This document shows positions 13,385-26,280 of a stretch of 64,000 bases of DNA, in pieces (position 1 is the stretch's first letter; the number at the start of each line of letters is the position of its first letter). The notes beneath the pieces are model-generated. The model saw only the letters and a program-made list of their open reading frames with translations, made no database searches and was not told the origin of the DNA. Made by a program: the position numbers and the translations under genes. The stretch is from Eledone cirrhosa (Eukaryota). The stretch is from positions 12,648,001 to 12,712,000 of the forward strand of contig OZ024746.1 in NCBI GenBank assembly GCA_964016885.1, read 5' to 3'.

Positions 13385-13586
13385 CAGAATGAGTCAACAT
13401 ATGTCGGTCTAACGAACTGGATGAGCTGAGAATCTTGTGGCATTGGTGACATTCGTGATCAGATCTGGAGTTATTTATACCATTATGGGAACGTAGATGG
13501 GTCGTCAGCTCACGGAGTGACCTCAAGCTTTCTTTGCACTGTGGACATTCATAAATATGGTTACCATTCTTATCAATTGGCATTAT
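13385..13586 (-). CDS. RREB1: RREB1/hindsight-like exon, C2H2 fingers 1-2
   Basis: tttttgtag|ATA ATG...CAT TCT G|gtaagt. Encodes CPQC..HLRSH and CHQCHKILSSSSSLDRHMLTHS, matching the RREB1 signature LSSASSLDRHML-HSG. 202 nt, phase 0/1. Confidence 0.93.
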
Positions 13587-14407
13587 CTACAAAAACATAA
13601 AAAGTTTGATTTATTAAAATCTTATGGCAAGAAATTTTGTGTATATTAATAATCCTTCCTTTGTTGAAACACTGAAGTAGAGCTACACTTGAGAAATGGT
13701 GATGAAAGTGTAATGAGAGCTCAGATGATAACAACAACTAAAATAATTTGGAGGTGAATAAATAACTGTGTGTGTATGTTTGTTAATTAATAGGTATATG
13801 AGCATGATTAATTAAGGTTATAATTTATCAAACTATTCCCCTCATCTTTAGAGATGAAATATTTTATTATTTAATATTTACACTTGGTTCTGACAGGACC
13901 CACTGGAAGGAGTGTTTGAGGACTCTGCCACCATGACCCTCTCAGAAATAAATGGACAAAGAAGAATATTTACACATAATAGACTGACAGAATTATTGCA
14001 GTAGTGGAAAAAATGGCTCAAGGTATGTTGTTACACCTCTTTGTGTTCTAAGTTTTAATCTTGCCAGGGTGAATTTTGCCTATCATCCTTCCAAGGTCTG
14101 CATTACTGACTTACATCTATCCCTAAAATAGTGAAGATGAATGACTTAATGGTTAGAGAATTGGATTCACAATCATGAGGTTGCGAGTTTGATTATCTCC
14201 TTGAGCAAGACACTTTATTTCACGTTACTCTTTCTGCCATGAGTTGCAACTGGTAGATAGTATCAGCAATGGAAACATTGTTTCTTTGGTCTGATTTGAC
14301 GAGCAGCAACCCACTCAGTGAGTGAGGTCTGGGATCTTGTTGATTGATTCCTAAAAAAGATCCCTTAAATTTGAGATATCTTACAAAAACATAACTACAT
14401 GAATTAG

Positions 14408-14535
14408 AAGTTCTGAGTTCAAATACTGCTGAGGTTAGCTTTGCCTTTCATCCTTACGAGGTTGATAAAATAAAGTACTAGTAATACACTCCCCTAAATT
14501 GCTGGCCTTGTGCTTATAGTAGAAATCATTATTAT
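14408..14535 (+). mobile_element. tRNA-derived SINE, 5'-truncated
   Basis: B box, core and tail present. Confidence 0.75.
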
Positions 14536-14590
14536 CAGAGTTAGAATACAAATATATTCAGAAAAACCAAGTCTTTGGCAACATAGAAGT

Positions 14591-14779
14591 AATAATTGTT
14601 TCTAGTTTTGGCACAAGGCCAGCACTTACCCCAGTGCATTACTGGTACTTTATTTTATCGACCCTGTAAGGATGAAAGGCAAAGTTAACCTTGGCGGGAT
14701 TTGAACTCAGATCGCAAAGGGCCGTAATTCTATGCTGCAAAGCATGGGGGTCCAACACTCTACTGATATTGCCAATCCA
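14591..14779 (-). mobile_element. tRNA-derived SINE
   Basis: Reverse complement of the family consensus; inverted relative to 14408-14535. Confidence 0.85.
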
Positions 14780-14938
14780 CACAAGTAATAAGGTCTTTTT
14801 TAACATAGCTACAAGGCCACACATTTGAAGATGAAGGTGGTAGAGGTAAGCTATAGCAATTATAGCAATTCTAGCACTTGGCTGTTATTTTATAAGCACA
14901 ATTAGTACATAGACATAATTAAATACCACAAGGTATTT

Positions 14939-15587
14939 TGGTAGTGATGGTGGTGGTGGTAGTGGTGGTAATGGTAGTTGTGGGGTGGTGGTGATGGTAA
15001 TAGTGGTTGCGGTGGTGATGGTAGCAGTGGTGGTGGTGGTGGTGGTGGTAATGGTGGTAGTGGTGATGGTGGTAGTGGTGATGGTGGTAATGGTGGTGGT
15101 GGTGGTAGTGGTGGTGGTGGTGGTAGTGATAGTGGTAGTGATAGTGGTGGTGGTAGTGGTGATGGTGGTGGTGGTTGTGGTATGGTGGTGGTGGGTGTGG
15201 TATCGTGGTGGTGGTGGTGATGGTATGGGGGTGGTGGTATGGTGGCAGTGGTGGTGGTTGTGGTATGGTGGTTGTGGTGGTGGTAGTTGTGGTGGTGGTG
15301 GTAGTTGTGGTGATGGTGGTAATGATAGTTGTGGTGATGGTGGTAATGACAGTGGCAGTAATGGTGGCAGTGGTAGTGGTGGTGATGGCAGCTGTGGTGG
15401 CGGCAGTGGTGGTGGTAATGGTGGTAGTGGTGGTGGTGGTGGTGGTGGTAGTAGTGGTGGTGGTGGTGGCGGCAGTGGTGATGATGGTGGTACCAGTGGT
15501 GGTGGTGGTAATGATGGTAATGGTGGTGGTGGTAGTGGTGGTACCAGTGGTGGTGGTAGTGGTAGTATTAGTAGTAGTAGTAGTAAC
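14939..15587. repeat. Degenerate (GGT/AGT/GAT)n trinucleotide tract
   Basis: Seen directly. Confidence 0.95.
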
Positions 15588-15922
15588 ATATATTAAAGAG
15601 CCCTTAACCCCTGATGGAGTCGTAAGGGCAACATTCTGACACAAGCATGTCTTGGGGACCATAAACCTAGGAAGTACCCAGCCCTCGCCAGGTTGGGACA
15701 CAACTGCTTTCTTCCAGAGATAGAAAGAAAGAGAAAGAAAATGATAAAGAAAGTATCAGCCCTAGTACATGACTGGTATTTTTTTTATTTATCAACCATG
15801 AAAAGGTGAAAAGTATAGTTGACCTTGGCAGGACTTGAACTCAGAGTGCAGAGATCTGGAACAAATACTGAAGTATTTTCAATCTGCTGCTCTAATGACA
15901 CTGCCAAATCACTGCACTACTA

Positions 15923-16013
<91 letters not shown>

Positions 16014-16452
16014 CTCTCTCTCTCTATCTTTCTCATTGATAACATTCCACCAGCTATAATTGTATAAATCACAAATACACACCTTCCCCAAGTCAGGTCC
16101 CAGGTTGTTTCCATGTGTTTTGTTTTGTGGTTTTCTTTTTCTTCGTTTGTTCATTTGTTTTGTTATTTGTAGTTTTGTTTTTGTTTTGCCTTGGTCTGTT
16201 AGCCAAGCTGGTCACCAGGTTGAAAGGAAGTCACACTAAAAGGTACCATACCATCATTTTGCTGCTTTTCTTTTTTTTTTTTTCTTTTTAAGGCTGGCTA
16301 CTGTATAATCTAATATAACAACTATGAGTCTTGACTCTTGCAAACAACTATTCAGAGCATCGGTGGTAGTGGTGGTGGTGGTGGTGGTGGATTGTAATGA
16401 TGGGGGAATGTAACAATGACATGGAGGGGGTGGAGGAAGGGCACCAGCAGGA

Positions 16453-16508
<56 letters not shown>

Positions 16509-16645
16509 TAAGACAGATGAAGCAGAGGAAAATGAGAGTAGGATTGTATCAGGATGTATAGAAAATAAATATTTTAAAAATCAAAAAAATCCAGGCATTA
16601 CTGTTCTGTAAACCAGCACCACACTCATTGCATTTGTTATTGTTG

Positions 16646-16704
<59 letters not shown>

Positions 16705-16796
16705 ATATATATATATATAACAAAGGAAATGTGGTAAGGAACCAGATAGACCATAACGCACCAAAGTACTCAATACTTAGGGTAGTAGAGTGGGTA

Positions 16797-16900
16797 ATAG
16801 GAACAAGTATGACCCCGACGGCAGAGCTCAAGCCGTTTCGACAGCTAATTCTAGACTGAAACGGCTTGAGCTCTGCCGTCGGGGTCATACTTGTTCCTAT
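16797..16900. repeat. Perfect inverted repeat, 43-bp arms, 18-nt loop
   Basis: 16797-16839 is the exact reverse complement of 16858-16900. Confidence 0.95.
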
Positions 16901-17269
16901 ATATATATATATATATATTCATTTAATATGGCTAAGTAGTGAGTTGTGTCTGATGATTCTGCAAGTGCACCAGTGAAACTCCAGAGTAACATATATCTAT
17001 ATATACAGAGCATTTGATGTTATTCCAAATTGAAGGATAAGTGTTTCAAACTTTATTTTATCATGAGTTAAAGGTCTATAGATTTTTCCCTGGATTTTAC
17101 TAAATTCTGTGGATGAATTTATATCCTGATTCTCTTTTGAGATGAGTTTGAGTTATTTTTCCTAAATCTTTCGTTAACTACTTTTCCCATCTTGACGTTA
17201 TAGTCGCATATATGTTATAGAATGCCGTTAGCTTCTTGCTAATACAATCTCTATACCTCTCATTTATAT

Positions 17270-17376
17270 TTATATATATATACATATACATATATGTATA
17301 TATGTATACACACACACATATATCTATATATATACACATACAGACACACATACATACACACACACATACATATATC

Positions 17377-17421
<45 letters not shown>

Positions 17422-17508
17422 GTATATATGTATACACACACACAAACATATATATATATATATACATACAGATACAGACACACATACATACACACACATA
17501 CATATATC

Positions 17509-17553
<45 letters not shown>

Positions 17554-17636
17554 GTATATATGTATACACACACACATATATATATATACATACAGATACA
17601 GACACATACATACACACAAACATACATATATCTATA

Positions 17637-17689
<53 letters not shown>

Positions 17690-17891
17690 ACACACACACA
17701 CACACATATATATATACATACAGATACAGACACACATACATACACACACACATACATATATCTATATATATATATATATATGTATGTATATATGTATACA
17801 CACACACACACATAGATATATATATATATACATACAGATACATACACACACACACACATACATATATCTATATATACATATATACACACAC

Positions 17892-17926
<35 letters not shown>

Positions 17927-17970
17927 AGCCTTTTCTATATTAAATATGATGCTTCTTAACTTGGAATCTA

Positions 17971-18008
<38 letters not shown>

Positions 18009-18026
18009 GCACACATGTAGAGAGAA

Positions 18027-18060
<34 letters not shown>
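17270..18060. repeat. Compound TA/CA/TG microsatellite with higher-order duplication
   Basis: Seen directly. Confidence 0.9.
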
Positions 18061-18062
<2 letters not shown>

Positions 18063-18237
18063 CTGTGAGAACACAATGCGACTGGATGCTGACAGGTCAC
18101 TCCACTCACCTACCCTCTCCTCTTCTCTCCTCTATCACAGGAAATACAAGCTCAGCCATATCATGGTGAACCACTTGCATATCTTACAACCTCCACAACA
18201 ACTGGCTACATGCACTACATTCCATTTAATAGCTTTA

Positions 18238-18577
18238 ATGATGATGGTGGTGGTGGTGGTGGTGATGGTGGTGGTGGTGGTGGTGGCGGTGATGATGGTG
18301 GTGGTGGTGGTGGTGGTGGTGATGGTGGTGGTGGTGGTGGTGGTGGTGGTGGTGGTGGCGGTGATGATGGTGGTGGTGGTGGTGGTGGTGGTGGTGGTGA
18401 TGGTGGTGATGGTGGTGGTGGTGGTGATGGTGGTGGTGGCGGCGGTGGTGGTGGTGGCGGTGGTGGTGGCGGCGGTGGTGATGATGATGATGATGATGAT
18501 GATGGTGGTGGCGGTGGTGGTGGTGGTGGCGGTGGTGGTGGCGGCGGTGGCGGCGGTGGCGGTGGTGGTGGCGGTGG

Positions 18578-18647
<70 letters not shown>

Positions 18648-18667
18648 GGTGGTGGTGGTGGTGGTGG

Positions 18668-18718
<51 letters not shown>

Positions 18719-18901
18719 CGGTGGTGATGGTGATGATGATGGTGGTGGTGATGATGATGATGATGGTGGTGGTGGTGATGGTGGTGGTGGTGGTGGTGGT
18801 GGTGGTGACGGTGATGGTGGTGGTGGTGGTGGTGATGGTGGTGGTGGTGGTGGTGGTGATGGTGGTGGTGATGGTGGTGATGATGGTGGTGGTGGTGGTG
18901 A

Positions 18902-18935
<34 letters not shown>

Positions 18936-19030
18936 GATGGTGGTGGTGGTGGTGGTGGTGATGGTGGTGATGATGGTGGTGGTGGTGGTGACGGTGATGG
19001 TGGTGGCAGTGGTGGTGATGATGAGGATGA

Positions 19031-19061
<31 letters not shown>

Positions 19062-19520
19062 AGTGGTGGTGGTGGTGATGATGGTGATGGTGGTGGTGGT
19101 GGTGGTGGCAGTGATGATGGTGGTGGTGGTGGCAGTGATGATGGTGGTGGTGGTGGTGGTGGTGATGGTAGTGGTGGTGGTGGTGGTGGTGGCAGTGATG
19201 ATGGTGGTGGTGGTGGTGGCAGTGATGATGATGGTGGTGGTGGTGGTGGTGTTGGTGTTGGTGGTGGTGGTGTCAGTGGTGGTGTTGGTGTTGGTGTTGG
19301 TGGTGGTGTCAGTGGTGGTGTTGGTGTTGGTGTTGGTGGTGGTGTCAGTGGTGGTGTTGGTGTTGGTGGTGGTGGTGTCAGTGGTGGTGTTGGTGTTGGT
19401 GTTGGTGGTGGTGTCAGTGGTGGTGTTGGTGTTGGTGTTGGTGGTGGTGTCAGTGGTGGTGTTGGTGTTGGTGTTGGTGGTGGTGTCAGTGGTGGTGTTG
19501 GTGTTGATGATTGCAATGAT
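18238..19520. repeat. (GGT/GAT)n trinucleotide tract grading into a 30-36 bp GTCAGT-punctuated unit
   Basis: Seen directly. Confidence 0.95.
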
Positions 19521-20853
19521 GAAAAGGACTTTTTTTAATTGCTACAAGGTCACATAAAACATTGCAGACAACAATAATAATAATGATAATTTCTAACTTC
19601 GACTAAAGCCACAAATTGTTGGAGTGAGGGTTACAGTTAATTAAATCAACCAAGAATATAACTGGTACTTTATTTCATCAACCTTGGAAAGATAAAGGGT
19701 AAAATATATTCTGGCATATTTCAACTTGGAACATAAAGGAATGCAACTAAATAGCATATTTCATTCAATGTGTATATCTAGTTTAGAATAACTATCAATA
19801 CATCATACCCCTGCGTGTTTTAAGATACAACAGAAAGATTGGATGTCAGCAAGGGCATCTAACTGTAAAAAATTGCCTCAAAATGTCCCATTCAACCCAT
19901 GGAGAAATCAATGGTATCAATGACAGTGGTGACAAGAGCAATGGAAGTCTTCACTGCTACAGGCTCCTCTACTACAAACATATCAGTGAGCAGCCAATAC
20001 TTGGACAGTTTACCCCCATTGACCCGGCAAGCAGCAGAGCCTGGGCTACCTATTTCAGGATATTACAAAATAAAGCAAAAAGCTGGATAAACAGGGGATG
20101 GGCTGTGTTGTGCATAGATAAAGAGTTTCTTGGTTAGAGATTAGGTGGTTTAGATAAAAGAAAAAGGAAGTAATTTTCCATTGCTGTCATTTGAGGCCAG
20201 GGAAGTTTCACTGGCAAAGTCTACTTCTCCAAAAACAAGGTTTCTGCCAACAAAATTTCACTTTCAAATCTATAACAAATATTTAGAAATAACAACAAAA
20301 ACCATGATATTACTTTGTAAGACCCTATTTTATACCTCAAATATCTAAAGGGATGCCTGTAAAAGTCAACTTAAACTTTAATGCCAGTATGAGAATGTGG
20401 TACAAATGAATACAAAGGCCCAGTCTTCAGTGACACAAGCAATACTGTACAATATTAAGAGATCTCCCCCTTTCTCCTCTTACCTGACTGCCTCTCTCTC
20501 TCTCTCTCCCATCTGGAGCACACATCCTACCTTGTGTTTGTGTGAGTGTGTGTGTGTGTTTGTGGTTAGGTGTTGGTGTTATGTTTTCCCCTCTCCCATC
20601 CTCAGCCACATCTCTCAAGGTACTTTTGACTCAACTTACCAATTTATCCATCCACTCAACAGAGGAGGAAAGGGACAATATAATAGACAACCAGCCAACC
20701 AGCCAGCCAACCACCCAGCTAGACAACTGTACACAAATAACTACTGTCTCATCTCACAGGCAAGGAATGTCCTTTAAAATTATACTACAATGATAATAAC
20801 CATTTAGATTAGAGCTGCTGCTGCATGGGTTACTTGGCACCCCACCCACAGAT

Positions 20854-20898
<45 letters not shown>

Positions 20899-20903
20899 CA
20901 TAC

Positions 20904-20939
<36 letters not shown>

Positions 20940-21116
20940 TGTGTGTGTGTGAAAGAAATAGATAGATATAGAGAGAGAGGGAGAGAGAATCATCATCACA
21001 TTTTACATCTGATTTTCCATGCTTGCATGGGTTGGATGGAAATATATAAATATATATATATAACAACAGAAGGCCGAACTGAAAATATCCCTTTAAAGTT
21101 TTATGGTTGCAAAAAA

Positions 21117-21222
<106 letters not shown>

Positions 21223-21244
21223 GCTAAACAGATATAACAATACA

Positions 21245-21557
21245 CCACAACCTGGTGCAGTCTGCGACTGACCTAGGTTCTGCTGCACATCGAGCTGAGG
21301 AGGCCAAACTCTCCAAATACTGGTCGCTCTCCGACAGGTTTGCGGTCGTACCCCTGGAAGTAGAGACTTCTGGTGTCCTCGGCCCCAGGGCTACCTCCTT
21401 ACTCACCACCATAGGCGTTGAGCTGGCCAGCTGCAGGTGTCAGCCCTGCGAGTTGGAGTGGCTTTTCCAGCGCGTCTCCCTCGCCGTTCTCCGGGGAAAC
21501 GCCTTCTCCATTCTGTCCACCGGGGCTGTGGGTGGGCCCCATCGCGTACCGTTGTAG
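21245..21557 (+). mobile_element. CRE-clade-like non-LTR retrotransposon 3' fragment (RLE C-terminus)
   Basis: Open frame AEEAKLSKY...FAVVPLEVETSGVLG...WLFQRVSLAVLRGNAFSIL, with the KxxKY, VETxG and QRxSxAxxRGNA motifs. GC-rich relative to flanks. Further fragment at 53080-53150 (-). Confidence 0.78.
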
Positions 21558-23569
21558 TTGTTGTAGAGACCCTTCTAATTAAATACACATTCTGAATTAT
21601 TGGACATTTTTCATATATATATTTAGAAACTCGGTACAGTATATGGAAGGAATATATTAGGTTAACGCTTGAAATAGCAGGAAGAAAGAATGAGAAAGAT
21701 TGAAGGGATGGGCAGGGTGGAATTGGAAAAAAATGTCTTTAGATATAGATAGGTGTGTGTGGATTGCATAATTAATTAATCAATAAAGGAATTGCAGCAA
21801 ACACAGAGAGTAGAGAATATATCTGATTCAGAGATGGCCTGCAAATTTGGTGTTATTATAAATCCTCTTTTAAGGGTTAATTAAATATTAGACATTCAAC
21901 CCAAGATTAGAAGTCAAATATTAAGAGGTATTTAAATATATAAATACAGTAATTACCGAAACTCCTTTTTCTTTCAGTTTTTAATTTTTTTTCTTATTCT
22001 TATTGTTGTTGTTGTTGATTTTGCATACACATGATTTAAAATAGTTTAATTCAGACTATATTTTATAAAATTCATTATGGTAATTAAAAATAATGGATGA
22101 AAATTATATATGAGCTTTTAATTAACATTATGCTATAAGATAACTGACATTAACACAATTAAAATTCCATATAAAATTTAACTGGTTTTATTAATTTCTC
22201 TATAGATATCTATCTTTCTAAATCTATATATTTATAAGGAGAGACATATGTAGCAGACTTTTTTTAGATATACCCATATATGTAGGTATGTGTGTCTATG
22301 TTGCTTAGTTTAGTGGTAACCATACTATTACAAGCATTCAATCTAGGTCTCCAGTTAGAGAATGCCTTCCTCTCTCCCACCATTCTTGGAGACCTTCATT
22401 CCTTGACTAAACAGCAAAAATAAATGTATAAATATATGAACATAATGAGTTTATGTGCATTTATAGATGTGCATCTGTAATTATTCATCCCCCAAAATTG
22501 GGTTGATATTGAAGTGCAGTTACATGTGAGAACCAACAGCAGTGAAGAAATATCTCTGACAGACACATACACAAAATTCATAAATTTAATTTGGTTCAAT
22601 AGAAAAATGTGTGAAGAAGTAAATGAATACACCAAACACAATTTCTATTCTAATAAATATACCACAGACTATAGTGAAATCATTGTTGGGTTAAATTTGC
22701 TGAGTTTACAACAAAAATGCTGCATGTCAGTACAGTTTCATATCATATGCTATATTCATAAATGCAGACTAAAGTAGCTATGAGAGTATTGACAAAAATA
22801 GCTATGATGACACCTGGGAGTATATTAAGCACAACTTTCTTGGTTCTTGCCTCTCTGGTCTCACTTCTTAACCCTCCACATTTGACCATAGTAGTGTTGG
22901 TCATTTAGGCACAGCTACAGCCAAGCATGCTGCCACAGGTTGGTAAAGTTTCATATCAAAATTCACTCAATAATACATCTCACTTACAAATTCCACTGTG
23001 CCCAAACACATAAATATATCACAACAAAATTATCTGTTTCAGGTTTATAATTATATTTCTGTGAATTCTGTAAAATAACATAATGTAATATGGTCTTGTT
23101 GCATTCCATGGTTAAAATAAATGGATAAAAAGTAGTTAGTCTCCTTTCCCCATTTCACTCACACATCGACATGTAGTCTTCTCACCTGTACACCACTACA
23201 GATTCCTCTTAAACCCAGCTTTTCCTTCAACTTGTTCAAGCTCTGCCCCTCTCTCACACACAACTAACAACACTGCTAGAAATATAATGTACATAAAAAA
23301 TAAATATCTAATAAATTCAATTGGTTGAAACTGATGTTTGAAACCACTCAGTTGTAAATGTTTTCATATTCTGGTTGAGGAAATCAAAACCCTACAACAT
23401 AAAATATCGAACTCCATGAAACCTAACTGCATTTAAATGGTGACCTGGAAGGAATCAGAGGACATTATTGTCAGCAATATGATACAAGTGAACCCAAAGA
23501 CACTGTCCTCAGCAATGAGGCAGAGTTAATAATTATATTATACATATGACAATTATGGTTTCTCTCTGT

Positions 23570-23967
23570 GAAGTGTGACGGTGCATGGTAGTGAAACATG
23601 GACTGTGACTGTGGAGGACATGCATAGACTGGAGAGAATTGAAGCAGCCATGTTTTGTTGGATGAGGAATGTAAGTGTGAGAGAGAGGCAGAGCTTGAAC
23701 AAGTTGAAGGAAAAGCTGGGTTTAAGAGGAATCTGAGGTGGTGTGCAGGAGAGAAGGCTGCATTAGTATCGACATGAGTGAAGAAGTGCCAGGAAATGCC
23801 AGTGGATGGAAGTCGCAGTAGTGGTAGACCAAGAAAGACCTGGACAGAAATTCTGACCTCAAATCACTAAGACTCACAGAGGGGATGACAAAGGATTGTG
23901 ACATGTGGAGGGATACTGTGCTGAGAACCTGCCCAACCCATGCAGATGTAAAAATGATGATGATGTT
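23570..23967 (+). mobile_element. RTE-clade LINE 3' fragment
   Basis: Encodes HGSETWTVTVEDMHRLERIEAAMFCWMRNVSVRER...GRPRKTW and ends in a (GAT)n tail. Confidence 0.75.
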
Positions 23968-24769
23968 TTTGACAGTATTAATAATTATAATAGTAAAGAT
24001 CTGCAACTTTAGCTAAAGGACACAAATTTGGAGGGATATAAAATCGATTTAATTAATACCAAAATACTTTATTAGTACTCCTTTTTATCAATTTTAAAGA
24101 TTTAATTACAGACCATAAGATTTAATGACAGACCATAAGCAGATATAAGAAACTATCTTATCTGGCATTCTATTGTTTCTGCCACTTAAATTAATAAACA
24201 GCAATATGAGAAAAGGTAACCATATTTCCATCAAGTGGTTCTTGATTATACCCAATCTGTTTACAAGCATCTTTGGTGTTTTCAGAACATAACATAAACC
24301 TTCATTGCACAGGTCACAGCTCAAGAATGCTTTCTGTGGTTATAGAAAGGTTAATACACACTTCTACTTACCAGATGTATTTTTAATGATCAGTAAAGTG
24401 GAGGTGAACCTAGAATTGAAATATTTGATTTGATTTTCAAAAATAAGTATGTGACATGGCTATTGTTCTCAATTGCAATTTCTGGGTTTAATGATACACA
24501 CAAACATCTTTGATATCTTCAAGGATCTTTGAGCTATAGGGAACCATGGATAAGGCTATCTTCTCCTTGGGAACCATATAACTAATGAGGCTGTTCTTCA
24601 CAAATGCATTTGATAGAAATACAATAAATGAATAAAATATACAAATATAAAGAGGTAGAGACAGAGAAAGAGACAGACAGAGAGATACACAAAGACAGAC
24701 AGACAAAAACAGAGAGAGGGAGAGAGAGAGAGAAAGTCAAGCAAAATGGTAGATGAATGCATAGCATAC

Positions 24770-25033
24770 CTTTCCATTGCTTTTTCGTTTTGCAGGAATT
24801 TTTGATTTTTTCCCCTTCATGGTAGTCAGACTAGTGGCTGTATTGTTCTCTATTTTAAGTTGTTCTTTGGAGAGCGTGTTTCGTAAGGGGGAACAACTGT
24901 TGTGATCAGCTGATGTTGAAGGCTTGGACGGTGCCATTACAAAATGGTTGGGCAATGGATTTTCAAGTAGGTTGTTGACATTTTTCATATTCATAATAAG
25001 CTGTGTATGTTCTTCATCTTCACCTTTAGTAAC
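24770..25033 (-). CDS. RREB1: RREB1/hindsight-like gene, N-terminal exon (88 codons, VTKGEDEE...KKSKIPAKRKSNGK, basic NLS-like patch)
   Basis: Acceptor ctttgtag|GTT and donor AAG|gtatgc. 264 nt, phase 0/0, open throughout, and joins in frame to the 13586 exon. Confidence 0.75.
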
Positions 25034-25329
25034 CTACAAAGGTAGAACAAGGAGAACTGTCTTTTAGTGGCTATTGCTTATCTATTCTACACTCAAGACT
25101 TTATGACAAATAGCTTTCTAACCAATCACTTGGCTTCCAACCATCATAAGTTGTTAAGAATTTTAATGCAGTAAACACCACAAATGTACGAAGTAAGTTC
25201 TTAGTGACATTTACTCGGTACTGAGACAAGAATAAGCTAAAAGGTTATATACTATTTTGTGTATTATGCTCATTTGTATATTAGCTGTTAGCTCCTGGTC
25301 TGACTTATTCCATCAGGAACAAAAGTTAA

Positions 25330-25590
25330 CCAATTGTCTCCAGTACTGTCGGTCAGCAACAGCTCATTGACATTCATGATGTTGACAGTTTGTAAGTCTG
25401 TTTGGAATGTCTGCCACTAGGTCATCTTTGGTCAGCCTCTTTTCCATTTGCCTTCACCTTCAGAGGGAGTCCATGTTATCACCATTTTAGATGGATGGTG
25501 TTCTGGGCGACACAGAATGTGACCCACAAAATGGAACCGGCACTCTGTGACGATCTCTTGCAGTGTACATGGCCCTGCTCTCCACATATA
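25330..25590 (-). mobile_element. RTE-like LINE fragment, degenerate
   Basis: Minus strand encodes RFHFVGHILCRPEHHPSKMVITWTPSEGEGKWKRG*PKMT*WQTF. Confidence 0.65.
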
Positions 25591-25764
25591 GTACAAAATA
25601 AAAGATCAGCTGTGATGCTTATTTGCATATAGTGTCAAATAAAAGATCCGCTGAAGATGGTTATTTGCATATAGTAGAAACTGGATTGTCTAGGATTAGC
25701 AATAGCACTAACATAACGTGGTTCACAACAGGAGTTACCTTGATAACTATATTTAGTACACCAG

Positions 25765-26000
25765 TCATCATCATCATCGTTTAATGTCTATCTTCCATGT
25801 TAGCATGGGTTAGACGGGAATTGTCCCACTTGAGGCAAGATTGGTCGGGTGACTGTGTCTCACTCGTATAGGACTATCTGGCAGGTTTTCTATGGCTGGA
25901 TGCCCTTCCTAACACCAACCACATTTACAGTGTGGACTGGGAGGTTTTTACCTTGTTACCTACATGGCCACATTACAGCATGGACTGTGTGTTTTTATTT
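25765..26000 (-). mobile_element. Non-autonomous retroposon with RTE-like 3' tail
   Basis: Close reverse-complement copy at 49858-50087. Ends ...ACCCATGCTAACATGGAAGATAGACATTAAAC(GAT)n, a tail found many times in the window. Confidence 0.65.
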
Positions 26001-26280
26001 TTATGTCATGACACCTACACGACCTCATTAGTTTGGACTAGATGTTGTGGTACCAACATAACTTTACAGAGAAAGGGCAGTGTTGGTGGGAGTGGGAGTG
26101 GAAGGGTGGAGTAGGGGTAGTGGGTTGGGGTGTATATTTGGTTAAGAGGTGCCTACTGACTGTAGGTTTCGCAGTGTGTGTGTGAAATAAATATTCATCA
26201 GACCAGAGTATAGAATAAATGAATCATTTCTATATAATTGGATCAATATGTAGTATATGTAAGGAACAAAACAAACTTAC

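Noticed and set aside
14885-19557. Gly-, Pro-, Val- and Thr-rich ORFs resembling extensin, mucin or collagen-like proteins
   Set aside because: They derive from (GGT)n/(GAT)n microsatellites inside an intron of the zinc-finger gene.
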